NCBI GenBank assembly: GCA_964429065.1
Contig: CAYSAZ010000001.1
Coordinates: 4,078-68,077 of the forward strand
Reading direction: 5' to 3'
Length of the DNA: 64,000 bases
From: an uncultured Rhodobacterales bacterium
Lineage (GTDB): Bacteria; Pseudomonadota; Alphaproteobacteria; Rhodobacterales; Rhodobacteraceae
In this document: in pieces, positions 28,269 through 38,138 of the stretch
Layout of the letters: each line of letters begins with the position of its first letter
How positions within the stretch are numbered: the stretch's first letter is position 1
Position numbers and translations under genes: made by a program
The notes under the pieces: model-generated
Database searches by the model: none
The model's input: only the letters and a program-made list of their open reading frames with translations
Told to the model about the DNA's origin: nothing

Positions 28269-30518
28269 ATGGCTAAACGAACCGATACCCCCGATATACC
28301 CGATGGCGGTGAGATAACTGTTGAACCTTTGCACCGCGCGCTTGGGGACAGATATCTGACCTATGCGCTGTCAACAATCATGCACCGTGCCTTGCCGGAT
28401 GCGCGCGATGGGCTAAAGCCTGTGCACCGGCGGATTTTGTATGCAATGCGCGAACTGAAACTGGATCATAAGGGGCGTTATCGCAAAAGTTCCAAAATTT
28501 CCGGCGATGTTATGGGGAATTATCACCCCCATGGAGACGCCGCGATTTATGATGCCATGGCACGTTTGGCGCAGGATTTCAGCGTGCGCTATACGCTGGT
28601 CGACGGGCAGGGGAATTTCGGTAATATTGATGGCGATAACCCCGCCGCAGCGCGCTATACCGAAGCCCGTATGACCGCCGCCGCCGAGGCGTTGATGGTC
28701 GGCCTGAATGAGGATTCGGTTGATTTTCGTGACAATTACGACGGCACGCTCAGCGAGCCGGTCGTGTTGCCTGCGGAATTTCCAAACCTGCTGGCGAATG
28801 GCTCATCTGGGATTGCGGTGGGCATGGCGACCAATATTCCGCCCCATAATATTGGCGAGCTGTGTGATGCAGCCTTGCATCTGATCAAGGCCCCAAATGC
28901 GCGTGATGAAACGTTGCTGGAATACATTCCAGGCCCCGATTTTCCAACTGGCGGTGTGCTGGTGGAGCCGCGTGAAAACATCCTGAATGCTTATAAGACC
29001 GGGCGTGGATCTTTTCGATTGCGCGCCAAATACGAGATAGAAGATCTGGGGCATGGTAAGTGGCATATCGTCGTTACCGAGATTCCGTATCAGGTGCAAA
29101 AATCAAGATTGATCGAAAAAATCGCCGAGATCATCAACGCCAAGAAAATTCCAATTCTAGGGGATGTGCGTGATGAATCCGCCGAAGATATTCGCTTGAT
29201 TCTTGAACCTCGCGCCAAAACTGTGGACCCGACGGTGCTGATGGAAACCCTGTTTCGCCAAAGCGATCTTGAGCTGCGGTTTTCGATGAACATGAATGTG
29301 CTGATCGATGGGCTGACGCCGAAAGTTTCAACTCTGAAAGAGGTTTTGCGCGCCTTTATTGATCACCGCCGCGAGGTTTTACAGCGGCGCTCAAAGTTTC
29401 GATTGGGCAAAATTGATGCGCGTCTTGAGGTGCTAGAGGGCTATATTATTGCCTTTCTCAATCTTGACCGTGTTATCGAGATTATTCGGTATGAGGATGA
29501 ACCAAAAGCCATGTTGATGGCCGAATTTGACCTTAGCGATGTGCAGGCCGAGGCGATTTTGAACATGCGGCTGCGCAGCTTACGCAAACTCGAAGAGATG
29601 GAACTGCGCCGTGAGCGGGACGCATTATTAATCGAACGTGCCGAGATTGAGGACCTGTTGGAAAACGATGATTTGCAGTGGGCAAAGGTCTCTGAACAAC
29701 TGCGCGAAACCCGCAAGAAATTCGGTAAAACGGCCCCTGGCGGCGCGCGGCGTACAGAGCTGGCCGAGGCCCCCGATTTTGAAGAAGTGCCGATTGAGGC
29801 CATGATTGAGCGTGAACCAATCACAGTTGTTTGCTCGTCGATGGGCTGGGTGCGGGCGATGAAAGGGCATGTGGCGCTCGATTCCGAACTGAAATTCAAG
29901 GACGGTGACGCGGAGCGATTTATTTTCCATGCGGAAACGACTGATAAGTTGGCATTATTTGGCTCAAACGGGCGGTTTTACACGTTGGCGTGCAGTAATT
30001 TACCGGGCGGGCGGGGCATGGGTGAGCCAATCCGTCTGATGGTTGATTTGCCAAATGAGGCGGATATGGTGGATTTATTTCTGCACAAACCCGGGCGTAA
30101 ATTGCTGGTCGCATCAACCGCCGGTGACGGGTTTATCGTGGCCGAAGATGAAGTGATCGCACACACCCGCACCGGGCGCCAGGTGCTGAATGTTAAGGCG
30201 GGGATCAAGGCGCTGACGTGCACGCCGGTTGCTGGAGATCACATCGCCTGCGTCGGGCTGAACCGCAAAGTGTTAATTTTCCAGCTGGCTGAACTGCCGG
30301 AAATGGGGCGCGGAAAAGGAGTGCGGTTGCAAAAATACGGCGATAAAGACGGGGAGCTGTCAGATATTAGAACCTTTGTCTTGACTGAAGGCCTGAGCTG
30401 GTTGGACCCGGCCGGGCGGACCCGCACCGAGGTTGATCTGGGCGACTGGATGGGCAAACGTGCTGCGGCGGGCCGTATGGCCCCGCGTGGTTTTCCTAGG
30501 GATAATAAATTCACCTGA
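28269..30518 (+). CDS. parC: DNA topoisomerase IV subunit A
   Basis: Start [38 protein letters not shown] signature, catalytic AARYTEARM. The short C-terminal domain is typical of ParC. Confidence 0.9.
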   Translation: MAKRTDTPDIPDGGEITVEPLHRALGDRYLTYALSTIMHRALPDARDGLKPVHRRILYAMRELKLDHKGRYRKSSKISGDVMGNYHPHGDAAIYDAMARLAQDFSVRYTLVDGQGNFGNIDGDNPAAARYTEARMTAAAEALMVGLNEDSVDFRDNYDGTLSEPVVLPAEFPNLLANGSSGIAVGMATNIPPHNIGELCDAALHLIKAPNARDETLLEYIPGPDFPTGGVLVEPRENILNAYKTGRGSFRLRAKYEIEDLGHGKWHIVVTEIPYQVQKSRLIEKIAEIINAKKIPILGDVRDESAEDIRLILEPRAKTVDPTVLMETLFRQSDLELRFSMNMNVLIDGLTPKVSTLKEVLRAFIDHRREVLQRRSKFRLGKIDARLEVLEGYIIAFLNLDRVIEIIRYEDEPKAMLMAEFDLSDVQAEAILNMRLRSLRKLEEMELRRERDALLIERAEIEDLLENDDLQWAKVSEQLRETRKKFGKTAPGGARRTELAEAPDFEEVPIEAMIEREPITVVCSSMGWVRAMKGHVALDSELKFKDGDAERFIFHAETTDKLALFGSNGRFYTLACSNLPGGRGMGEPIRLMVDLPNEADMVDLFLHKPGRKLLVASTAGDGFIVAEDEVIAHTRTGRQVLNVKAGIKALTCTPVAGDHIACVGLNRKVLIFQLAELPEMGRGKGVRLQKYGDKDGELSDIRTFVLTEGLSWLDPAGRTRTEVDLGDWMGKRAAAGRMAPRGFPRDNKFT

Positions 30519-30531
30519 AGCGGAGCGTAAA

Positions 30532-32148
30532 ATGACACAGGCGCATATGAAACTGGGTAAAAATCCCGCAAATTATGCGCCGCTGACGCCGATTTCGTTT
30601 CTGCACCGCACCGCATTAACCTATCCGCTCCACACGGCAGTGATTTATGGTGATCTGCGTCGTAACTGGTCTGAAACCTATGCGCGCTGTCGCCAATTGG
30701 CCTCGGCGTTGCAGAATACCGGGTTGCAAAAAGGTGATGTTGTGGGCTTTATGGCTGCCAACACCCCTGAATTATACGAGGCGCATTTTGGCGTGCCGAT
30801 GGCGGGGATGGTGCTGAATGCATTGAACTATCGCCTCGATGCGCGCACGATTGCCTATATTATTGACCACGCAGGGATTAAGCTTCTGGTCACGGACCGT
30901 GAGTTTTCAACGATCGTAAAACAGGCCGTATCTCTGGCCAAATACACACCCGTTTTGATTGATATTGACGATCCGAACGCACAGGGTGGCGTGCTGCTGG
31001 GGGAGCAGGATTACGAGGCCTTTATTGCCGGCGGTGACCCTGATTTCACCTATAAACCACCCGCGGAGGAGTGGGATACGATCAGTATAAATTATACTTC
31101 GGGCACTACAGGGGATCCAAAAGGGGTGGTGTACCATTATCGCGGCGCATATTTGAATGCGCTGGGCAATGCATTGGAGTGGGATATGACGGCGCATCCA
31201 ACGTATCTCTGGACGTTGCCGATGTTTCACTGCAACGGCTGGTGTTTCCCCTGGACGGTTGCGGCCAAGGCGGGCGTTAATATCTGCATACGCAAGGTGA
31301 CGGCTGCTAATATTTACGGAGCCATCGCCGAACATGGTGCAGATCATCTGTGCGGCGCACCGATTGTGCTGGGCATGATGATCAATGCAGGTGCTGAAAA
31401 ACGTGTCTTTGATCACAGCTGCAAAGTGATGACAGCTGCGGCCCCGCCACCTGCAAAAATCCTGCAATCGATGGTGCAGGAAGGGTTTGAAATGACCCAT
31501 TCTTATGGCTTGACGGAAACTTACGGCCCCTGCGTTTCTTGCGCTTGGCACGGGGAATGGGATGCGTTGCCGATTGGTAAACAGGCAAATCTGAAGGCCC
31601 GTCAAGGGGTGGCATATATAGTGCAAGAGGATTGCAAAGTGCTGAACCCTGACACGATGCAAGAGGTGCCACATGACGGCGAAACCATGGGCGAGGTGAT
31701 GATGCGCGGTAATATCACCATGAAGGGATATCTTGATAATGCCGCCGCAACGGATGCTGCTTTTGCGAATGGTTGGTTTCATTCTGGCGATCTTGGGGTG
31801 GTGCATGGGGATGGTTATATCCAGCTGCGTGATCGGGCCAAAGACATCATAATTTCCGGGGGCGAGAATATTTCCAGTATCGAAGTTGAAAGCTGTCTAT
31901 ATGCCCACGCGGCGGTTGCGGCCTGTGCTGTTGTTGCGCGCCCCGATGAAAAATGGGGCGAAACACCTTGTGCGTTTATCGAATTAAAACCGGGAATGCA
32001 GGCAAGCGAGGCCGAGATATTTGACCATTGCCGCGCCCATCTCGCCAGCTTTAAAGTGCCGCGTACTGTGGTGTTTTCCAAGGTTCCCAAAACCTCAACC
32101 GGGAAAATCCAAAAGGTGCCTTTGCGTGCTGTTGCCAAAGCGATGTAG
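30532..32148 (+). CDS. AMP-dependent acyl-CoA synthetase/ligase
   Basis: ATG at 30532 after GGAG. AMP-binding motif YTSGTTGDPKG. C-terminal GKIQK. Confidence 0.85.
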   Translation: MTQAHMKLGKNPANYAPLTPISFLHRTALTYPLHTAVIYGDLRRNWSETYARCRQLASALQNTGLQKGDVVGFMAANTPELYEAHFGVPMAGMVLNALNYRLDARTIAYIIDHAGIKLLVTDREFSTIVKQAVSLAKYTPVLIDIDDPNAQGGVLLGEQDYEAFIAGGDPDFTYKPPAEEWDTISINYTSGTTGDPKGVVYHYRGAYLNALGNALEWDMTAHPTYLWTLPMFHCNGWCFPWTVAAKAGVNICIRKVTAANIYGAIAEHGADHLCGAPIVLGMMINAGAEKRVFDHSCKVMTAAAPPPAKILQSMVQEGFEMTHSYGLTETYGPCVSCAWHGEWDALPIGKQANLKARQGVAYIVQEDCKVLNPDTMQEVPHDGETMGEVMMRGNITMKGYLDNAAATDAAFANGWFHSGDLGVVHGDGYIQLRDRAKDIIISGGENISSIEVESCLYAHAAVAACAVVARPDEKWGETPCAFIELKPGMQASEAEIFDHCRAHLASFKVPRTVVFSKVPKTSTGKIQKVPLRAVAKAM

Positions 32149-32156
32149 GCTCGGAT

Positions 32157-32411
32157 ATGGCACATAAAAACACAGTTATCAGATCGATTAATCTTGCCGG
32201 TGAAATGCTGTGCGTTGACGTTTTCCAACGCCCCGACACAAGCTATGGCTTTGATGAATTTCGCCGCGACATAGAGGATAATCGCGGCTGGTTTAGTATT
32301 GGCCATCATGGTCACCGGGTTTTTGAAACAGCTGAATCTGCGCTGAATGCAGCGCGAAATACCGTGCAGTGGCTGGACGGCGTTTTAAAATCAGAGGCGC
32401 AGGAAAGATAG
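32157..32411 (+). CDS. Hypothetical small protein
   Basis: 84 aa ORF 8 nt after the ligase gene and 3 nt before the next gene. No motif recognised. Confidence 0.5.
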   Translation: MAHKNTVIRSINLAGEMLCVDVFQRPDTSYGFDEFRRDIEDNRGWFSIGHHGHRVFETAESALNAARNTVQWLDGVLKSEAQER

Positions 32412-32414
32412 ATC

Positions 32415-33299
32415 ATGGAACTTTGGATTCTTATTGCCATCGGTGCTGCATTTTTGCAAAACGTCCGCTCGGCGTTGCAAAAGCACCTTAAGGGGCAGCT
32501 TTCCAACAGTGGTGCGACATTTTCGCGGTTCGTATTTGCCGTACCTCTGGTCGTACTGTTTCTGGCCGTATTGGCCATTTCCGGGTATGATTTGCCCCTG
32601 CCAAATCTGCGGTTTACCAGTTTCATGGCCCTTGGCGGGGTTGCCCAGATTATCGCAACAGCGCTGCTGGTCTATCTGTTCGGGTTGCGAAATTTTGCGG
32701 TTGGTACGACGTTTTCCAAGACGGAAACCATACAAGCGGCCCTGTTTGGGGTGATTATTTTAAGTGATATGATCAGTATGCACGCGCTGTTTGCCCTTGG
32801 CATTAGCCTCGCGGGTGTTGTGCTTATCTCAACACCAAACGGAATGCGCGGCAGGGTTTTGAACCATACGAGCCTTATTGGCGTAGCCTCGGGCGCGGCG
32901 TTTGCTATGTCTGGCGTTAGCTACCGCGCGGCGTCCCTGGCGTTACCATCCGGGGAATTTTTGACCCGCGCAACGGTTACACTTGCTTGCGTTTTGGTTT
33001 TCCAGACCATCATTATGGCCGCGTGGCTGCGCTGGCGCGAGGATGGACAAATCACAAAAGTACTGGCTAGCTGGCGTATTTCGGCAATAGTGGGGTTGGC
33101 CGGCGGGTTAGCCTCGCTTGGTTGGTTTTCGGCAATGACATTGCAAAATGCAGCTTACGTTAAAGCGGTCGGGCAGGTGGAACTGTTGTTCACATTTGCC
33201 GTATCAACGCTGATTTTCCGTGAGCGTTCCAGCGGGCGTGAAATCACCGGGATCATCCTCGTCAGCCTTGGGATTTTATTGCTGCTACTTTGGCGTTAG
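32415..33299 (+). CDS. DMT-superfamily (EamA-like) transporter
   Basis: 294 aa, about 10 TM, with a two-fold EamA-like repeat architecture. Confidence 0.8.
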   Translation: MELWILIAIGAAFLQNVRSALQKHLKGQLSNSGATFSRFVFAVPLVVLFLAVLAISGYDLPLPNLRFTSFMALGGVAQIIATALLVYLFGLRNFAVGTTFSKTETIQAALFGVIILSDMISMHALFALGISLAGVVLISTPNGMRGRVLNHTSLIGVASGAAFAMSGVSYRAASLALPSGEFLTRATVTLACVLVFQTIIMAAWLRWREDGQITKVLASWRISAIVGLAGGLASLGWFSAMTLQNAAYVKAVGQVELLFTFAVSTLIFRERSSGREITGIILVSLGILLLLLWR

Positions 33300-34171
33300 C
33301 GTTGTCCGTAATACAGACCAACGACATGTTCGGCCTCGGCAAAAAATAACCAGCGCGCCGTAAATAAACCTAGCATATGGCTAAGGATTGCGAATAATCC
33401 GATCACATGACCCGGCGGCAGCGCCAGCAGCAGAACCGCGGGAATTACCATGCCCGTGCTCAGCGCAATGATCCTGAGTTTCAACGCATGTTTGCGCCCA
33501 ATCACATAGACCATCTCTTTCATCAGATAGTTCGTGCCCGAATGGGGCTTTTCCAGCAATCTTACTTTACCAAGCTCGCCAAGGCCCGTGGCCGTACCCA
33601 TGTCCGAACCGCTTTTGGCAAACGCCCCATCGCCCAATAACCACGCAATAATTTGTGCAATCGCGAGGGCAACCATCATCCAACCCGCGATATTCACTTG
33701 TGTGCTCAGCAATGCCCCCCCCGCAAAGGCGTATAACATGAATGAAACCGGGGTCATGGCTGAATTCCAGCGCGGCACGGATTTCATCTGGGCGTAGATC
33801 ATAGAGGTGCAGAATATGGTCCAGATTGACAAGAATGCCGCGATATACCCAAGTATTTCAATGCGCATGCCCATGAATATCCACAAAATGGCGTAGATGC
33901 CAAAAATGCCCATAGTCAGAATCGATAAAATCCCCTCGCGCGACAACCAACTTGAACGCCATTGTGTCAGCGCTTTTAAGAACCGTTCGGGATGGCCGAG
34001 ATGAAAGAGCGAGGACAAAAGCCCCCCCCCTGCCAGCGCATAGGCCATTGCCACAAAGATAAAAGCAGTCAGGCCAACGACGTTTAGATAGCCCAGCCCA
34101 AGGAATGCCATCATGCCAAATCCAAGGCCTGACAGTGCAGTAAAGATAATTACAGAAGGTGCGGGATGCAT
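33296..34171 (-). CDS. soeC: DmsC/NrfD-like membrane anchor subunit (SoeC-like)
   Basis: ATG at 34171 shares its A with the upstream TGA. Polytopic membrane protein. The ORF-track start at 34201 is a TTG. Confidence 0.6.
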   Translation of the reverse strand: MHPAPSVIIFTALSGLGFGMMAFLGLGYLNVVGLTAFIFVAMAYALAGGGLLSSLFHLGHPERFLKALTQWRSSWLSREGILSILTMGIFGIYAILWIFMGMRIEILGYIAAFLSIWTIFCTSMIYAQMKSVPRWNSAMTPVSFMLYAFAGGALLSTQVNIAGWMMVALAIAQIIAWLLGDGAFAKSGSDMGTATGLGELGKVRLLEKPHSGTNYLMKEMVYVIGRKHALKLRIIALSTGMVIPAVLLLALPPGHVIGLFAILSHMLGLFTARWLFFAEAEHVVGLYYGQR

Positions 34172-34911
34172 CAGAGTTTCTCCAATGTTCGATCTAACCA
34201 ACCTAAAAAACCGCCCGTTTCAGTGGATTGTACGGTCAAGGCTGGGGTGACGTCATTATTCACGTCCGCTTTTGGCCGGGGTGGCAGGTATTTGTTTACG
34301 GGTTTAGTGCCTTGCTCGGGCATCAGATCCATCCCCCCGCGTTCAGCGCTGAGTATGGAAACATTGCTTTGCGGGTCTGCAAAATCCCCGAAATGTCGGG
34401 CACCGGCAGGGCAGGTCCGCACACATGAAGGCACACGGTCTTCGTGCGGAATATTTTCATTGTAAATTCGATCAACACATAGCGTACATTTCTTCATCAC
34501 CCCCTCGGCCGCGTCCATTTCGCGTGCGCCGTAAGGGCAGGACCATGCACATAAACCACAACCTATGCAGTCGTTTTCATTAACTAAAACAATGCCATCC
34601 TCAGCGCGTTTATAACTGGCGCCGGTGGGGCAAACGGTGACACAAGGGGCATCTTCACAGTGCAGGCAGGATTTCGGAAAATGAGTGACTTGCGCAGGCT
34701 TATCGTCTTGTTTTACCTCAAATGTATGCACCCGATTAAGGAATGTCCCGACCGGATTTGCGCCATATGCATCCATGTCTGACAAGGGCGCGCCGTAGTT
34801 GCTGGTGTTCCATTCTTTACACGAAATCACGCAGGCATGGCAGCCAACACACGTGTCGAGGTCAATAACAAGACCGAGCTTTTTCTCGGTGGATTGTGGC
34901 AGGCTTGTCAT
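34171..34911 (-). CDS. soeB: 4Fe-4S ferredoxin-type subunit (SoeB-like)
   Basis: Multiple CxxCxxCxxxCP clusters. ATGA overlap with the catalytic subunit gene. No Tat signal. Confidence 0.65.
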   Translation of the reverse strand: MTSLPQSTEKKLGLVIDLDTCVGCHACVISCKEWNTSNYGAPLSDMDAYGANPVGTFLNRVHTFEVKQDDKPAQVTHFPKSCLHCEDAPCVTVCPTGASYKRAEDGIVLVNENDCIGCGLCAWSCPYGAREMDAAEGVMKKCTLCVDRIYNENIPHEDRVPSCVRTCPAGARHFGDFADPQSNVSILSAERGGMDLMPEQGTKPVNKYLPPRPKADVNNDVTPALTVQSTETGGFLGWLDRTLEKL

Positions 34912-37745
34912 GTCCACTCCTTACCATATTCAACGTTTTTGGGGCCACGGCCAACGGGGGATTGTTGGGGGGCAACATCGGGGATTGAATGCAAATTTGG
35001 CGGTGGATCGGTTTTTTCAATGCGCACACGTAAATCAAACCATGCCGCCTGTCCTGTAATCGGGTCAGAATTTGCCCAACGTTGGCCATCATCTTTGGTA
35101 GGCAACAGTTCGTGGATAAGATGGTTTAATAGGAAACCTTTTGTTGATTCGGGCGCGTCATCCTGTAAGCCCCAGGCGCCTTTGCGCTTACCAATCGCAT
35201 TCCATGTCCAGACAGTGTTGGCATTTAGCGCCTCCATCAAGGCAACCGGCACCGTAATTGCGCCGTGATGAGAGGTAACAAGCGCCCAGTCACCATCCTG
35301 AAAGCCATTGGTATTCCAGATATCTGTAGGCACATAAAGCAGATTGTGACCGTGAATCTGGCGCAACCAGGCGTTCTGTGTGCCCCAGCTATGATACATG
35401 GCCATAGGGCGTTGGGTTAGCGCGTGATGTGGAAATTCATCTTTGTTAACAAGAGCTTGCTCAAAAGGCTCCCACCATGTTGGCAGCGGATCCATCGATG
35501 CACGAACTTGTTCACGTAAGTGCTCGGGCGGCTGAATGTCCCCTTTGCCTTCGGCTGCCAGACGGAATTTTTGCAAGGTTTCCTGATAAACCTGAAAAAC
35601 AAAAGGCTGCACACTATCATATAAGCCCCGCTCAACGGCCCAATTCTGGTAGTCCATATTCCAGGGTTTGAAATAGGATGCGGATTCGGGGATGTGATCC
35701 AGCCAGAACCCACCGTTATCGATATAGGCCTGGATTTGATTTGGGTTAGGTTCCCCTCGACCTTTGCCTGTGCCGTCTTTACCGCGAAAACCGGCCAAAG
35801 GACCGACGCCCGGACGGCGCTCATGATTGACAATATAATCTGCGTAATCTTTGAATTTCGCGCTACCGTCCTCGTTAATCATGCCGGGCAAGCCAAGCTT
35901 GGCACCAAGTTGAATCAACGCTGTTTGAAAGCCGCGCACATCGCGATCAGGCTCCACGACCGGCCAGCGAATGCTGTCGGCTAAAGCATCGGGCTCACAG
36001 ATTGGGCGGTCCAACAGGCTGATGCAATCATGGCGTTCAAGATAGGTCGTGTCGGGGAATATCAAATCAGAAAATGCAACCATTTCAGATGAATAGGCGT
36101 CAGAATAGATAATATGCGGGATCACGTATTTGCCGTTTTCATCCTTATCCGTAAGCATGTCCATCACACCGCTGGTGTTCATGGATGAGTTCCACGACAT
36201 GTTGGCCATATACATAAACAACGTATCAATCTTATAGGGATCACCTGCATGCGCGTTGGAAATTACCATATGCATCAGGCCATGTGCAGATAGCGGGTTC
36301 TCCCATGTAAAGGCTTTATCAATCCGTTTGGGACGCCCATTTTCATCAAGCGCTAAATCTTCGGGGCCACGTGGATATCCAAGGTGCGGGCCGTCAAGTG
36401 GCTGCCCGGGTGTCACATTATGATGCGGTTTGGGGTGAGCTTCAACTGGTTTTGGGTAAGATGGTTTAAACCTAAACCCTCCGGGGACCTCAACGGATCC
36501 CAACAGGATTTGCAGCACATGCAGGGCACGCGCCGTTTGAAAGCCATTAGAATGGGCTGAAATGCCGCGCATTGCATGAAATGAAACCGGGCGACCGATC
36601 ATCTGGTCATGCTTTTGCCCCCGAAAATCGGTCCATGGACGATCCAAGATGATTTGTTCACCAAAAGCGACCTGCGCCAGTTCAGCCGCGATGGATTTAA
36701 TGCGTTCAGCGGAAATACCAACGCGGTTCGCCACTGCATCAGGTGTGAATTCATCAGCCATATATTTATCTGCCAGTAACATAAACGCCGGCGTGCAGGT
36801 GATGTCGTTAACCATATATGCGCCTTGCATTGCAGGCTTTACGCCTTTGGCATCCCAGGCGGCGGGGGCGTCTTTCACGCGGTCCCAGACTTGTTCTTTG
36901 CCATCGGAATCGCGGATAAATAGACCATGTTCAGCGCTATTTTCATCCTGATTAACCAAAAATGGCATGTTGGTGTAGCGAATCAGATAATCAAGATCGA
37001 CCTTACCCGCCTTTAATAGCTCGTGGATCATTGACAGTATAAACAGCCCGTCAGTCCCTGGCGTAATGCCGACCCATTCATCGGCAATAGCGTTATAGCC
37101 CGAGCGGATAGGGTTGACGCCAATCACCTTGGCACCGCGTTTTTTCAATGTTCCAAGGCCCATTTTTATGGGGTTGGAATCGTGATCCTCAGCGACCCCA
37201 AAGATCATGAACAGCTTTGTATGGTCCCAGTCTGGTGCTCCGAATTCCCAAAAAGCACCACCCATTGTATAGATGCCACCTGCGGCCATGTTGACCGAAC
37301 AGAAACCACCATGGGCTGCATAATTAGGTGTGCCAAAGGCTTGCGCCCACCAGCCTGTCATCGATTGGGATTGGTCTCGGCCTGTAAAAAACGCCAGTTT
37401 TTCAGGGTTTTTCTCGCGAATAGGGGCAAGCCATCCTGTGGCGATGTCAAAGGCTTCTTCCCAGCTGATTACTTCAAACTTACCTTCACCGCGCTCGCCA
37501 ACACGTTTTAGTGGGGTGCGCAGGCGTGAGGGTGCATAATGTTGCATGATGCCCGCAGAACCTTTTGCACATAGTACACCCTTGTTAACCGGATGATCCT
37601 TATTACCCTCGATGTATGCGACTTTACCATCGCGTAGATGCACGTTGATCCCACAACGGCACGCACACATATAACAGGTTGTATGGCGAATCTCATCGCT
37701 GACCTTTGGTGAGGTATCAAGCTGTGGCTGGTTATGCTTGGCCAT
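34908..37745 (-). CDS. soeA: Molybdopterin (bis-MGD) oxidoreductase catalytic subunit without Tat signal (SoeA-like sulfite dehydrogenase)
   Basis: 945 aa. N-terminal FS0 cluster CYMCACRCG...C. No twin-arginine leader. AGGAGG upstream. Confidence 0.6.
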   Translation of the reverse strand: MAKHNQPQLDTSPKVSDEIRHTTCYMCACRCGINVHLRDGKVAYIEGNKDHPVNKGVLCAKGSAGIMQHYAPSRLRTPLKRVGERGEGKFEVISWEEAFDIATGWLAPIREKNPEKLAFFTGRDQSQSMTGWWAQAFGTPNYAAHGGFCSVNMAAGGIYTMGGAFWEFGAPDWDHTKLFMIFGVAEDHDSNPIKMGLGTLKKRGAKVIGVNPIRSGYNAIADEWVGITPGTDGLFILSMIHELLKAGKVDLDYLIRYTNMPFLVNQDENSAEHGLFIRDSDGKEQVWDRVKDAPAAWDAKGVKPAMQGAYMVNDITCTPAFMLLADKYMADEFTPDAVANRVGISAERIKSIAAELAQVAFGEQIILDRPWTDFRGQKHDQMIGRPVSFHAMRGISAHSNGFQTARALHVLQILLGSVEVPGGFRFKPSYPKPVEAHPKPHHNVTPGQPLDGPHLGYPRGPEDLALDENGRPKRIDKAFTWENPLSAHGLMHMVISNAHAGDPYKIDTLFMYMANMSWNSSMNTSGVMDMLTDKDENGKYVIPHIIYSDAYSSEMVAFSDLIFPDTTYLERHDCISLLDRPICEPDALADSIRWPVVEPDRDVRGFQTALIQLGAKLGLPGMINEDGSAKFKDYADYIVNHERRPGVGPLAGFRGKDGTGKGRGEPNPNQIQAYIDNGGFWLDHIPESASYFKPWNMDYQNWAVERGLYDSVQPFVFQVYQETLQKFRLAAEGKGDIQPPEHLREQVRASMDPLPTWWEPFEQALVNKDEFPHHALTQRPMAMYHSWGTQNAWLRQIHGHNLLYVPTDIWNTNGFQDGDWALVTSHHGAITVPVALMEALNANTVWTWNAIGKRKGAWGLQDDAPESTKGFLLNHLIHELLPTKDDGQRWANSDPITGQAAWFDLRVRIEKTDPPPNLHSIPDVAPQQSPVGRGPKNVEYGKEWT

Positions 37746-38138
37746 TTAAGACTGCCCTCCTGAGTATTTATTACACATGCGGATTTATGCAATTAAACGA
37801 GAATACTGCAAGTGCGCAAATTCACTCAGGTATTAATTGTTATGAATTTCCTGTTAAGAAAGTAGTTATAGGGATTTATACTTTGGAAAATATTATACAA
37901 ATCGCGCAATATTACTAATAATTGATGTGATATACGCATTATTCGAATATTTCCGCAAAATACATAATTTTATGTCATAATCTGCCTGAACGGTAATAAC
38001 ACAGCAAGGGAGCTCGTGGAAAATTCTTGAAAACGGTGTAACTGGTTTAATATTGAACTAAAAGTATTGATTGACAGTGATGGTACTTGGATTACCGAAG
38101 GGGTATAGTTTATTTATATTATGCTAGAGAGGGAAATC

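Noticed and set aside
30907-31806. A 299-aa ORF on the minus strand. Similar long antisense ORFs occur at 53297-54019 (+), 60955-61620 (+), 16458-17099 (-), 41097-41747 (-), 40229-40777 (-), 43152-43841 (-) and 18135-18803 (-).
   Set aside because: Each lies entirely opposite a gene with clear family motifs (acyl-CoA ligase, PepF, YejA, Mcl1, PotG, etc.). The translations are Arg/Pro/His-rich low-complexity strings with no motifs. These are typical shadow ORFs of GC-biased coding DNA.
37706-37918. A 70-aa ORF in the AT-rich soeA/GS-like intergenic region.
   Set aside because: It starts inside soeA on the opposite strand, has no RBS, and its composition merely reflects AT-rich non-coding DNA.
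38081-38095. A sigma-54-like element, TGGTAC-N5-TTAC, about 45 nt upstream of the first GS-like gene.
   Set aside because: The conserved -12 GC dinucleotide is AC here, and the -24 region reads TGGTAC rather than TGGCAC. This is too weak to call.
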